Assembly: GCF_030684315.1 (NCBI RefSeq)
Contig: NC_081369.1
Coordinates: 2,408,689-2,472,688, forward strand
Length of the DNA: 64,000 bases
Source of the DNA: Stegostoma tigrinum
Taxonomy: Eukaryota
Reading direction: 5' to 3'
Shown here in pieces: positions 12,833-23,843 of the stretch. How positions within the stretch are numbered: the first letter of the stretch is position 1; every line of letters starts with the position of its first letter. The notes beneath the pieces were generated by a model that saw only the letters and a list, made by a program, of their open reading frames with translations, did no database searches and was not told where the DNA came from. Made by a program: the position numbers and the translations under genes.

Positions 12833-13144
12833 CGTAGACAACAAGTTGTGTAGCTTGTTTCCCTGAGAACGTTTGATGCTGATTTTTGACTCTACAGTAA
12901 TATGTGCCAGCGTCTAGGACAGTCACATTAAAGAGATGAAGGTAGGCTCCCCCTCTCTTTACCTTGAAGCGTATTCTTCTGCCTTCCTTTAGAAGCGTCT
13001 CACTGCCTTCTCTGTACCAGAACACATCTGCGTTTGAATGGTTGACTTCGAAGGAGAAATGGCATCGCATGATAGCTGTTGTATTTATCATGGTCTTGAT
13101 TTGCCTAAACTCCGGAATGACATTGTCCGAAGTGCACAAAGCAA
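12833..13144 (-). CDS. IgSF receptor exon 2: V-set domain with joined J-like strand
   Basis: Acceptor ttttgttaacag, donor G|gtaagt, 312 nt, phase 1-1. Motifs: AIMRC (B-strand Cys), VFWYR (C-strand Trp), AYLHLFNV, DAGTYYC, and G strand FSGKQATQLVV. Confidence 0.93.
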
Positions 13145-13473
13145 CTGTTAACAAAAGATAAATAGGATATATATATACATAATGCTTAAACAAGGAACAT
13201 CAGCAGCAACATGAAATAACATAATTAATTTAATACATTCATATGATAGCAACTTAGCATGTTTTGCTCTTTGAATTCTCCTCCATTGTCTGAATTTCTG
13301 CCCCAACTGAACTATACAAAAATTGTTTTCACTTATCCAGAGGATTCTTGGGAAAAGGAAATCTGACGTGAAAAACATACGAAAAGAAGTGCCCGATCAT
13401 CCGTCAAATATCAGTTCAATTATTCTTCCGTCTTGATAAAAAAAATTCAAACACTGCAAGAAAGAGCGTGTAC

Positions 13474-13555
13474 CTGGATATGAAATGCACAGAAAACATA
13501 AGTTCCACAGTGACCCACTTACAAACATAGCAACAATAAAACTCTGGCTGCTCAT
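13474..13555 (-). CDS. IgSF VJ-C1-TM receptor, exon 1 (signal peptide)
   Basis: ATG at 13555 gives MSSQSFIVAMFVSGSLWNLCFLCISYP followed by CCAG|gtacac, a phase-1 donor in frame with the V exon. It joins to V-A-L-C-T, a plausible signal cleavage region. Confidence 0.75.
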
Positions 13556-13639
13556 ACATTGGATGTAAGAAGAGAGTTGATGAACGTTTATTGGAATATC
13601 AGTTATGCATCGATTTTAATCACTTGCGTCTGTCTGCCG

Positions 13640-13740
13640 TCAAGAAGCACGTGACTAATTCCTTGCCGAGGGCGCAACATGCAGGCGTTTTCATTTGCGG
13701 CCCAGTTGTGGTAACAGTGAGCGGAAGTGATAACACGGAT
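13640..13740 (-). promoter_or_regulatory. Candidate proximal promoter module of the IgSF gene (E-box, AP-1-like, RUNX, ETS, GATA)
   Basis: Within about 90-180 bp upstream of the ATG: CACGTG 13648-13653, TGACTAA 13652-13658, TGTGGT 13707-13712, CGGAAGT 13722-13728, TGATAA 13728-13733. Motif evidence only. Confidence 0.4.
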
Positions 13741-13984
13741 AGACAACTGCACTTGGAGCAAAATCTAGGTCGAGATGTTGAAGCTACTGACACTGTCAAT
13801 ATCCACTCACATAACCCACCAGGCTTGGGTGCAATATCGGTCAGACCAATACAAAACTCCATTCATTAGGTTTTTACCCGTGTCCACATAGCGATAATAT
13901 CCATTCCCTTTGAACTTTTATTTTTCTCAGATTTTTAATTTAGCCACAGGATGCAACTCAGGCTCTTTCAAAGAAAACACATGT

Positions 13985-14290
13985 TTCGTGGTACGGTGGC
14001 TCAGTGGTTTGCACTGCTACCTCCCAGTACCAGGGATTCGTTTTCGAGATGATGACTATCTGTGTGGGGTTTGCACATTCTTCCCGCGTCTGATGGGTTC
14101 CTGTCGTTTCCTGCCGCAGCCCAAAGATGTGCAGTTTCGGTGGATTGGTCATTGTCCGCAGAGTCTAGGGATCTGCAGGCAAAGGTGGGTGAGCCGCGGG
14201 AATGTGGACCGGCGGTGTGGTGGGGTAACGGGGATCGGGTGGTATGCACTTCGAAGGCTCGATGTACTACAGTGCAGGGATTCTATGATT
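13985..14290 (+). mobile_element. Degenerate HE1-type SINE
   Basis: ggtggctcagtggtttgcactgct head and tgtggggtttgcacattct core. Confidence 0.75.
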
Positions 14291-16454
14291 CAACGGCACT
14301 TGTAATTTATTTGAGGGTTTGAAAAATACCAGGATTTATTAAGTAACTGATGCCATTCGCGCATAAACTTAATAAGTATTTGTCCTGGTCATTGGATCAA
14401 TGACTACATTGCGAGAAATCTCACTGTTTTTAATTTCCAACGTTGCAATGGGGTGGACAAGTCAGAAGTCATAGGTTACAGTCCAATAAGGTTTGTTCAA
14501 AATCACAAGTTTTCGGAGTGTTGCTCCTTCATCAGGTAAAGTGCTGAGATCCGAAATCTTGCGATTTCAAATAAACCTGCTGGACTCGAACCAGATGTCA
14601 TATGATTTCTCGCAGGTAGTAGTTTGTCTAATTAAATGAAACCGCTGGCACGCAGGTCCGTGAATGATGTGGATTTGCTTAATTTTGCTGATGTTTCGGG
14701 CAGCCGTGGTACAAAGTTTCCACTTTACCCCGCGCCGACACCCGCTGACATCCACGAAGACGCTGCACTGCATATTTCTCTCAGAAATCCATCAAATCCA
14801 CGACATCGCCACGGTCATGGAGCGCCTGTAAAGTGATCAGAGATTGCTTCAATCTGCTCCTGCTCTTTCGTTATGAAGCGCATTTAGACGTAAATTAGGA
14901 TGTGTTCCATTCAGATTTCCAGTGTAAAAAAAAGTGAATAACATTTTGTTAATTCTCTGTTTTGGGGAATCCCTAAAAATTCATATCAAGAGATAGTGTT
15001 TGTTTCTTGAAGCTTTCAGACGTTGAATATCTTTTCTATCAATTTCACTGCTTTGTCCTGATGCCGTTCTTCTCAGTTGTGTGGGACCTGAAGCCATGTC
15101 GGCAAGTAGAGGGATTTCAGCAAACTCCTGAATTCTAATGTTTAGAGAGAAGTAATGCATTTCCCAGCAATGATATGGATCAACAGGCAGCGATCTCGCG
15201 CCCTGCTTCCGAAACCCTCCTGTCTTCCCTCCGCAACTGCTCACTCGGTTGATCTGCGCCACCTGGCCAACTGCAGATTAGGAAGGCCGCCCGAGACGGC
15301 TTTCTCAGGAGCATTTCGGTGTTTCCAAGAAGTAGTGATCCCGCCAACAATGCCCAAATTCCGTAAAAGCATCACAATAAAGGATGTATCGTCAGTTTAA
15401 TTTCGACAGCCAACCCGATAATGATGTCTGGAAAGAACATAAAGAACCTGCCAGAAAATTTTTAAAAATTCACGGGTTATTAATGCATCAATTTGCTCAT
15501 AACATCGTTAAATAAAACACGAACAACAATAAGAGTTGCTGGAGAATCTCAGCCAGTCTGGCAGCATCTGTGAAGAAAAGATCAAAGTTAACTTTCCGAG
15601 TCCGGTGACGCTTCCTCCAGAAAGTGACACAGCCACATTGACAGACAGATATTTGTCTGCAGCTGTACAGAGAAAGAAAAAAATGGTTAGGCATGTGTGT
15701 GGTCATGAAGCCGAGGTCTTCAACAATTGGGCTGTTTCGAACAGTTCTCAAATTCACGAAATGCAGCGTTTTGAGCTGATGCGCTGTTGGCTGTTGATTG
15801 GCCGGATCGAATTTTTTTTGTGAGCAAAGAGCGGCAGCTATTGTGCTATTTATAGCTACGAAATATAAATAACTGGAAACTAAAGTTGATCAAAACCGAG
15901 AGAGTGAAATAAAAGTGTTTGGAACTTCTTAACAGAAGTATGAACCCTGCAGTCAAAGGAAGTTGTATTTCGTGACCTGAGTGAACTCTAGAAAGTTTCC
16001 ACTTGCCTGTCCGCTCGGCTGTGGGACGTATTCCACAATAAGCCGACACGTCCCTGGCCCACAGGCTGCTCTCTGAGTCAGGAGGACCGACATGTCGTTC
16101 AGTGCTTTTGTTAATGCGCCGTGCGCAAAATAGGTGGTGGGGGGGGTGGGGAGCCGTTTATGTTTTGAAGTGACTTCATGTCAGGTGTTTGTATATTTTC
16201 AGTAAGTTAACTGAGATACTTTCAACAGCCATTTCAGTGTAGCATCTACCTTCGAAGTGTCATCGCGTGTTTCTCACCTCAGGCTCCAACGTTGGAAACG
16301 AAGGGGCGTATCCAGTGCAAGGCTTGCCGAATAAATCGACTTCAAAGTTTCCAGAAAAATAGCATCTTGTGAAGGGTTGTGAACTTTGTTTATTCTTTCA
16401 CGGATAAACTATAGATGACTTTTAATTGTCATTTCAGACGAGGCATCAACTTTG

Positions 16455-16915
16455 AATCCCTACAGTGTGGAAAGAGTCTGTTCGGTCCATCGAGTCCACA
16501 CAGACCCTCTGAACAATTTCTCACCCAATGGCCCCGATGAATATTCTCCAATTTACATCAATTACATGATAAGACCTGGATCATTCAAACTCTTCTGAGC
16601 ATTGCATCTGCCTTTGAATCACATCCTCACAGTACCCATCGAGTCCACACCGAACCTACTACCAGCATCCCACCCAAGCCCTTTAACCTGACGTTAACCA
16701 TGGCTCACTCCCCTATCCTATACCCAGCGGGTAATTTTGCATTAACAAGCCATCTAACCTGTGCATCTTTAAACTGTGGGAGGAAACTGGAGCTCTCGGA
16801 GGAAACCCAGGCAAACATGGGGAGAATGTGCAAACTCCACACGGACAGTCGCCCGAGGCTGGAATCGAACCTGGGTCCCTGGTGCTATGAGTTAACAGTG
16901 TGCCAACATGCTACC
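16455..16915 (-). mobile_element. HE1-type SINE fragments
   Basis: ggggagaatgtgcaaactccacacggacagtcgcccgaggctggaatcgaacc. Confidence 0.8.
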
Positions 16916-17559
16916 CAATCAGTAACTTGCGATGGGATCAGGAAATAAACTAATAGAATCATTTAATGTGATTGGGAGAGAAGTAATCCAATATGCGGCT
17001 GGAACCCCAAATCAAAGCAAAGGGAGCAAAAAAAAGCAACGCTCCATTATTTAGTCTCGGGTCTTCACTGGAGCTACTCCGTTAGGAAGCGCATTCTGTT
17101 GTTTACACATCAGAAGATTCGCGATGGAAGGCTCCAGTGAAGTTTTGACTCAGCAAGTTGTTAATTTCTACAAGATGCAGTGCAGAAGTTCTTTAAAGAT
17201 CCTCAGATTGCACTTTCCAAATCCAAGACCATGTCAATCTGGAAGGGCAAGGGCAGCAGATATATGGGAAAACCATCACTTTCAAGTTCCCCTCCAAGGT
17301 ACTCACCATAGTGACCTGAAAAAATAGCACCATTCTTTCACTGAGGTTGGGTCAGAATCCTGGAATTCCCTCCCTAATGGTATTATGGGTCAAACCACAG
17401 CAGGTGGATCACATCAGTCAAGAAGTCAACTCACCGCATCCTTCTTAAGAGTAACTAGGATGGGAAAGGAATGCTGACCTCAGTCAATTGTGGCCTTGAT
17501 GTCAAGAGAAGTCACCCTTCCCTCACCCTCAGTTAGTTTCTTCCATTGTCACATTCTTC

Positions 17560-18045
17560 ATGTGAGTTGTCATGGAGCATGGAAACAGATCCTTCTGTCC
17601 AAAATGTCCATGCTGGCCAAGTTTCCCAAACTAACTTAGTCCCATTTGCTTCCATTGTACATGTGTCCATCACTTCCTGTGCCAGTTCATTCCAGACATG
17701 ACCCAGGCTCTGTGAAAACTTGCAGCCCCTCACGCCCATTTTAAATCTTGCTCCTCCCACCTTAAAATTGGTACTCCAAGTTTAAAACTCCTTGACTTTT
17801 GGGAAAAGACCTTTGCTCTTTGCTAATCTGTGCCCCTCATGATTTTATAAACATCTATATTGTCACCCCTCGCTTCCTATGCTCCAGTGAAAAATGTCCC
17901 AAAATATCCAGTCTCCCTTCATAACTCAAAAGCTCCAGTCTCAGTAACATGCTTTTAAATCTTTTCTGCCCCTGCCTAATCATAACATCCTTCCAGAACT
18001 GTCAACAATAATCAAAAAGTGGCCCCACCAAAGTTTGTACAACCT
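17560..18045 (-). mobile_element. CR1 3' fragment
   Basis: ARFKMGVRGCKFSQSLGHVWNEL and an HER1-like 3' UTR. Confidence 0.7.
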
Positions 18046-19004
18046 GATCCAAGTCTTTCATGAATCAAGAGCTGAGAAGAAATTGAACTGAGTATCATTG
18101 AGCTGGTTATTGATGGACCAGTGCCAGCACTGTAGATGTCAGCTATCTTTTGACAGATCAATGAGAGAATCCTGATAGGACTGTACTTGGGTTAGTTGGA
18201 TTCATCCTGAAAACATTCCTCAGAGAAAAATATAATCCTCCTCTCTGTCCAAAAAGGCTACAACTAATTTGAAAACAGTATCTTCTAGATCTGGACTCAC
18301 CCTCATTCATTGCAGATAAAGAAACACAGAGGATACTGGAGAGAGAAGCAGATTGAACATTTTGCATGTGTCGTGATTCCTTCAGTCATATCAGAATTGA
18401 AATGGTAACTCTATTTTTGCGGAGGTGCTGGTGTTGAAGTTGGGAGAACAAAGTCAAAAATCACATGATACCAAGTTATCGGCCAACAGGTTTTTTTTTT
18501 AAATCACAACCTTTCAGAGCAACGTTCCTTAGTCAGGTGCAGTGAAAGAGCACACACAGACATAGAGTTTATATACAAAGAGATCTCAGGATCTTTCAGC
18601 TGGTGTAAGTGGGGTGAACAAGCATAAAGTGGATGCTGGAGAACTGTGTTAGAAATGTGAAGCAAGTTTCTATTGATTAAGATGCACATTGCAGAATCTG
18701 TTTCAAGTCACTGCTCTGAGATAATTAAAGATTTTATCAATGTCTGCCTCACTTTCCAATCTTCATGGAGCTGGAGACACAAAAGTTGACACCTCAAGTC
18801 AGGCACTGAATTGCAGGTGTGAGGCCTTGTTCAGAATTTGTCTCCAAGTTCAAACCTGAAATCAGGCTGGTTTCATTCAGAAAGCAGGAATATATAAAAT
18901 GCCTCAATGACTGACTGTGACTACAAAGTGTGTGTTCTTGAACCAAACAGAATGCATCAGCAAATAGACAAACATTTTGGATGAAATGATTCACCCCGTA
19001 GATT

Positions 19005-19362
19005 TAGAGGAGGCAATGGCCTCATAGTATTATCGCTGGACAATTAATCCTGAGACCCAGATAATGTTCTGGATACCGGGGTTTGGATCCTGCCATGGCA
19101 GATGGTGGAATATGAATTCCATAAATATCTGTAATTAAGAGAATAATGATGACCATGATTCCATTGTCAATTGTCATAAAAGCCCATCTGGTTTACTAAT
19201 GTCCTTCGGGGAAGGAAACTGCCATCATTACCTAGCCTGGCCTGCATGTGACTCCAGACCCACAGCAAGGTGGTTGATTCTTAACTGCCCTCTGGGCAAT
19301 TAGTGATGGGCAATAAATGCTGCCTAGCCAGAGATGCTTTCAAACCATGAATGAATAAAAAG
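19005..19362 (+). mobile_element. tRNA-derived SINE sharing its 3' tail with the 29-34 kb LINE family
   Basis: A/B box-like head; tail gatgggcaataaatgctg...atgaatgaataaaa. Older copies near 4080-4900 and 37470-37790. Confidence 0.7.
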
Positions 19363-19586
19363 NNNNNNNNNNNNNNNNNNNNNNNNNNNNNNNNNNNNNN
19401 NNNNNNNNNNNNNNNNNNNNNNNNNNNNNNNNNNNNNNNNNNNNNNNNNNNNNNNNNNNNNNNNNNNNNNNNNNNNNNNNNNNNNNNNNNNNNNNNNNNN
19501 NNNNNNNNNNNNNNNNNNNNNNNNNNNNNNNNNNNNNNNNNNNNNNNNNNNNNNNNNNNNNNNNNNNNNNNNNNNNNNNNNNNNNN
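19363..19586. other. Assembly gap
   Basis: Run of N. Confidence 1.
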
Positions 19587-20395
19587 AATGATGGCAAGAC
19601 ATGACAGTAAAGAAGACTTTGCATATATAGAACAGCGGGATGGAGTAGCCTGCAGCACAATATGAACCCAAGATCACCACTGAGGCCACATCTATGGCTA
19701 CAGAACTTGGCTATCAGTCTCTGATTGGTGATTCTGCATCATTGTGTATCCTGAAGTCTGCCGAAGAGGATATTAGCCTGAAGATCAGAGGCTCATGGCG
19801 AGGAATCACTGAAACAACTACTGAACAATATCAAGATAATAAAATGTGAGGCTGGATGAACACAGCAGGCCAAGCAGCATCTCAGGAGCACAAAAGCTGA
19901 CGTTTCGGGCCTAGACCCTTCCCATTATCTCTGATACTACTTAACAATATCAACATATTTCATCGCACTATTGGACTTAATGCGAACTACTTTTCAGATT
20001 CAGTTTCATTCTTAGGAACATGCATCTCCATCAAGGATGGACATGTCAGTATCTCACTCTACCTCAATCCCATGGATAGCCACACAAAGCTGCTCTTCTC
20101 TAGCTTCTACCCTAAAGATATTAAACAAGTCAATCTGTCGGGCCAAAACCTGTGCATACGTAGGAACAGATGAGATGAACAGGAATGTGACAGTTCTCGA
20201 TATTCTTGAAGTCTGCCCTCACAGGAACAGGATATGATGCTTTACTCATTGGTTGCCAGTTCCGACATGCAACAATGAATAACCACAACAACCTCTTCAG
20301 AAGACAGAGACAGGATATGATTGATAGAGTATACCTCATCTTCCAGTGGAGTGAAGAAACTGTGCCATGTTCTCTGCATCCTTCAACGTGGCATT

Positions 20396-23058
20396 AGAAC
20401 ATAGAACATAGAACATAGAACAGTACAGCACAGAACAGGCCCTTCAGCCCACAATGTTGTGCCGACCATTGATCCTCATGTATGCACCCTCAAATTTCTG
20501 TGACCATATACATGTCCAGCAGTCTCTTAAATGACCCCAATGACCTTGCTTCCACAACTGCTGCTGGCAACGCATTCCATGCTCTCACAACTCTCTGCGT
20601 AAAGAACCTGCCTCTGACATCCCCTCTATACTTTCCACCAACCAGCTTAAAACTATGACCCCTCGTGCTAGCCATTTCTGCCCTGGGAAATAGTCTCTGG
20701 CTATCAACTCTATCTATGCCTCTCATTATCTTGTATACCTCAATTAGGTCCCCTCTCCTCCTCCTTTTCTCCAATGAAAAGAGACCGAGCTCAGTCAACC
20801 TCTCTTCATAAGATAAGCCCTCCAGTCCAGGCAGCATCCTGGTAAACCTCCTCTGAACCCTCTCCAAAGCATCCACATCTTTCCTATAATACGGCACCCA
20901 GAACTGGACGCAGTATTCCAAGTGCGGTCTAACCAAAGTTTTATAGAGCTGCAACAAGATCTCATGACTCTTAAACTCAATCCCCCTGTTAATGAAAGCC
21001 AAAACACCATATGCTTTCTTAACAACCCTGTCCACTTGGGTGGCCATTTTAAGGGATCTATGTATCTGCACACCAAGATCCCTCTGTTCCTCCACGCTGC
21101 CAAGAATCCTATCCTTAATCCTGTACTCATCTTTCAAATTCGACCTTCCAAAATGTATCACCTCGCATTTATCCAGGTTGAACTCCATCTGCCACCTCTC
21201 AGCCCATCTCTGCATCCTGTCAATGTCCCGCTGCAGCCTACAACAGCCCTCTACACTGTCAACGACACCTCCGACCTTTGTGTCGTCTGCAAACTTGCTG
21301 ACCCATCCTTCAGTCCCCTCATCCAAGTCATTAATAAAAATTACAAACAGTAGAGGCCCAAGGACAGAGCCCTGTGGAACCCCACTCACCACTGACTTCC
21401 AGGCAGAATATTTTCCTTCTACTACCACTCGCTGTCTTCTGTTGGCCAGCCAATTCTGTATCCAAGCAGCTAAGTTCCCCTGTATCCCATTCCTCCTGGC
21501 CTTCTGAATGAGCCTACCATGGGTAACCTTATCAAATGCCTTACTGAAATCCATATACACCACATCCACAGCTCGACCCTCATCAACTTTTCTAGTCACA
21601 TCCTCAAAAAATTCGATAAGGTTTGTAAGGCATGACCTACCCCTCACAAAGCCGTGTTGACTGTATTTGATCAAGCCATGCTCTTCCAGATGGTCATAAA
21701 TCTTATCCCTCAGAATCCTTTCTAACACCTTGCAGACGACAGACGTGAGACTTACTGGTCTATAATTGCCGGGGATTTCCCTATTTCCTTTCTTGAAGAG
21801 AGGAATTACATTTGCCTCTCTCCAGTCCTCAGGTACGACTCCAGTGGAGAGCGAGGATGCAAAGATCTTCGCAAGTGGCGAAGCAATTGCATTTCTCGCT
21901 TCCCAAAGCAGCCGAGGACAAATCTGGTCCGGGCCTGGCGACTTGTCAATCTTAATGTTTGACAAAATTTTCAGCACATCAGCTTCCTCTATCTCTATCC
22001 ATTCCAGCATGCACACCTGCTCTTCAAAGGTTTCATTCACTACAAAGTTCGTTTCTTTCGTAAAGACAGAAGCAAAAAACTCATTTAGGGCTTCCCCTAC
22101 CTCCTCAGGCTCCACACACAAGTTTCCTATGCTATCCCTGATCGGCCCTACTCTTTCCTTGATCATTCTCTTATTCCTCACGTAAGTGTAAAATGCCTTT
22201 GTGTTTTCCCGGATTCCTTTTGCCAAGCCTTTCTCGTGCCCCCTCCTGGCTCTCCTCAGACCATTTTTGAGCTCCTTCCTTGCTTGCATGTAATCCTCTC
22301 TAGCTGAACTTGACCCTAGCTTCCTCCACCTTATGTAAGCTACCTTCTTCCTTTTCACAAGAAGCTCCACCGCTCTCGTCATCCAAGGTTCCTTAATCTT
22401 ACCCCTTCTTGCCTGTCTCAGAGGGACATATTTACTCATCACTCCCAACAACTGTTCCTTAAACAGTCTCCACATGTCTATAGTTCCCTGACCATGGAAC
22501 AACTGCTCCCAGTCCATGCTTCCTAACTCATGTCTAATCGCATCATAGTTTCCTCTTCCCCAATTAAATATCCTCCCATTTTGCCTAATCCTCTCCTTCT
22601 CCATAGCTATGTAGAATGTGAGGCAGTTATGGTCACTATCACCAAAATGCTCTCCCACCACAAGATCTGATACCTGCCCCGGCTCGTTTCCGAGCACCAA
22701 GTCTAGAATGGCCTCTCCCCTCGTCGGCCTGTCAACGTACTGCATTAGGAAACCCTCCTGAACACACCTTACAAAAACAGCTCCATTCAAATCTTCTGCT
22801 CGAAGGAGGTTCCAATCAATATTAGGAAAGTTAAAGTCACCCATTACAACAACCCTACTGCGTCCACACTTATCCAAAATCTGTCGACCTATGCTTTCTT
22901 CAATCTCCCTGCTGCTATTGGGGGACCTGTAGTAAACCCCTAACGAGGTGACTACTCCCTTGCTGTTCCTAATTTCCACCCATACTGACTCAGTAGGCAG
23001 ATCTTCCTCGACAATGGAAGCTTCTGTAGCTGTGATACCCTCTCTGATGACCAACAGC
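20396..23058 (-). mobile_element. Young 5'-truncated CR1/HER1-type LINE
   Basis: Uninterrupted ORF2 and a 3' tail of (CTATGTT)n repeats at 20396-20420; nested in an older Penelope-like element. Confidence 0.95.
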
Positions 23059-23096
23059 ATGTTGTCACATGTAGGAACACCATCCACCACGTCCAT
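20490..23096 (-). CDS. CR1 ORF2 (C-terminal part of APE endonuclease plus reverse transcriptase), 868 codons
   Basis: MGDFNFP, LDLVL, SDHN (APE); NYRPVSLTS, YMDFSKAFDKV, GVPQGSVLGPLLF, KFADDTK (RT). The first ~12 codons come from flanking DNA. Confidence 0.9.
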   Translation of the reverse strand: MDVVDGVPTCDNMLLVIREGITATEASIVEEDLPTESVWVEIRNSKGVVTSLGVYYRSPNSSREIEESIGRQILDKCGRSRVVVMGDFNFPNIDWNLLRAEDLNGAVFVRCVQEGFLMQYVDRPTRGEAILDLVLGNEPGQVSDLVVGEHFGDSDHNCLTFYIAMEKERIRQNGRIFNWGRGNYDAIRHELGSMDWEQLFHGQGTIDMWRLFKEQLLGVMSKYVPLRQARRGKIKEPWMTRAVELLVKRKKVAYIRWRKLGSSSAREDYMQARKELKNGLRRARRGHEKGLAKGIRENTKAFYTYVRNKRMIKERVGPIRDSIGNLCVEPEEVGEALNEFFASVFTKETNFVVNETFEEQVCMLEWIEIEEADVLKILSNIKIDKSPGPDQICPRLLWEARNAIASPLAKIFASSLSTGVVPEDWREANVIPLFKKGNREIPGNYRPVSLTSVVCKVLERILRDKIYDHLEEHGLIKYSQHGFVRGRSCLTNLIEFFEDVTRKVDEGRAVDVVYMDFSKAFDKVTHGRLIQKARRNGIQGNLAAWIQNWLANRRQRVVVEGKYSAWKSVVSGVPQGSVLGPLLFVIFINDLDEGTEGWVSKFADDTKVGGVVDSVEGCCRLQRDIDRMQRWAERWQMEFNLDKCEVIHFGRSNLKDEYRIKDRILGSVEEQRDLGVQIHRSLKMATQVDRVVKKAYGVLAFINRGIEFKSHEILLQLYKTLVRPHLEYCVQFWVPYYRKDVDALERVQRRFTRMLPGLEGLSYEERLTELGLFSLEKRRRRGDLIEVYKIMRGIDRVDSQRLFPRAEMASTRGHSFKLVGGKYRGDVRGRFFTQRVVRAWNALPAAVVEARSLGSFKRLLDMYMVTEI

Positions 23097-23391
23097 GGCG
23101 GATACTCACGTGAGTTGGTCAACGTTGTCTATCCCATACGTTGTAGACAAGGATGCCTTATGGCAAGGTATATTGGCTAGAACATGCTGACACTACAGAA
23201 ATGGATGAATGGACACTGCACAAAAATTGAGGAACACTTTCAGCGGTCAAGAGCATTCAGTCTCAAATCTTTGTGGAAGCATCCTCCAAGGTTGACTTTG
23301 GGATGCACAAAAGCTTAGAATCACAGAGCATGGTCAAATGCGATACCCGTGAAGACAGCTCAACTGTGACATTGGGTTCATGTTGTGTTGC

Positions 23392-23843
23392 TGCAATGGA
23401 AATTGAAATGACAGTGAGTGTTTAAATGAATGGAGCAATATATCGAATCATGTTACAGATAAGCAACAGATGAGCACGGTTGAAAATAACGATAGCATAA
23501 TATGATAGGTTAGTCAAATCACATGACACATGAGCATTATGTTAAAGACAATGGTGGTATGATGTGATAGGTTAAATGTAGAGTAGAAGACCATTGTGGC
23601 AGAAGATGATTAGTTTAGAAAGACAATACAAACTAATGTGATTAGTTATGCTAATGACACCAGATAAGCGTGGCAGCGAGAAAAGTACAAAAGTTGTGAG
23701 CCCCAAATAGTCAGGGGGCAGTCAGGAAACCATTTTTCTGATTGTCACAGCTTTTGTTTGCAAATAAGAGTTTAACTCCTTGAGGAATTCTCTACATCTC
23801 CTGGTGTTTTAAACGGAGAATTGTGAAGGACCTCTCCACCACA
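23392..23843 (+). mobile_element. Solo LTR (452 bp)
   Basis: TG...CA termini, 4-bp TSD-like ttgc/ctgc, TATA-like tacaaaa and polyA-like aataag; interrupts a Penelope 3' region. Confidence 0.55.

Noticed and set aside
11827-13144. Calling the gene a TCR or Ig chain, or giving it a gene symbol
   Set aside because: No separate V/J segments or RSS, a non-canonical J motif, and no conserved antigen-receptor TM motif; the family cannot be fixed without phylogeny.
13506-13544. RSS-like CACAGTG, 23-bp spacer, ATAAAACTC
   Set aside because: It lies inside the leader exon, the nonamer matches only 6/9, and I saw no partner RSS at the V exon 3' end; the V is already J-joined.
15262-15447. Exon-like segment with a strong minus-strand acceptor upstream of the receptor
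   Set aside because: No coherent ORF or evidence linking it to the gene; it could be non-coding but is unsupported.
19281-19689. ORFs spanning X runs
   Set aside because: Assembly gap artefacts.
20795-22185. Overlapping 111-171-aa ORFs
   Set aside because: Alternative-frame or antisense shadows of CR1 ORF2.
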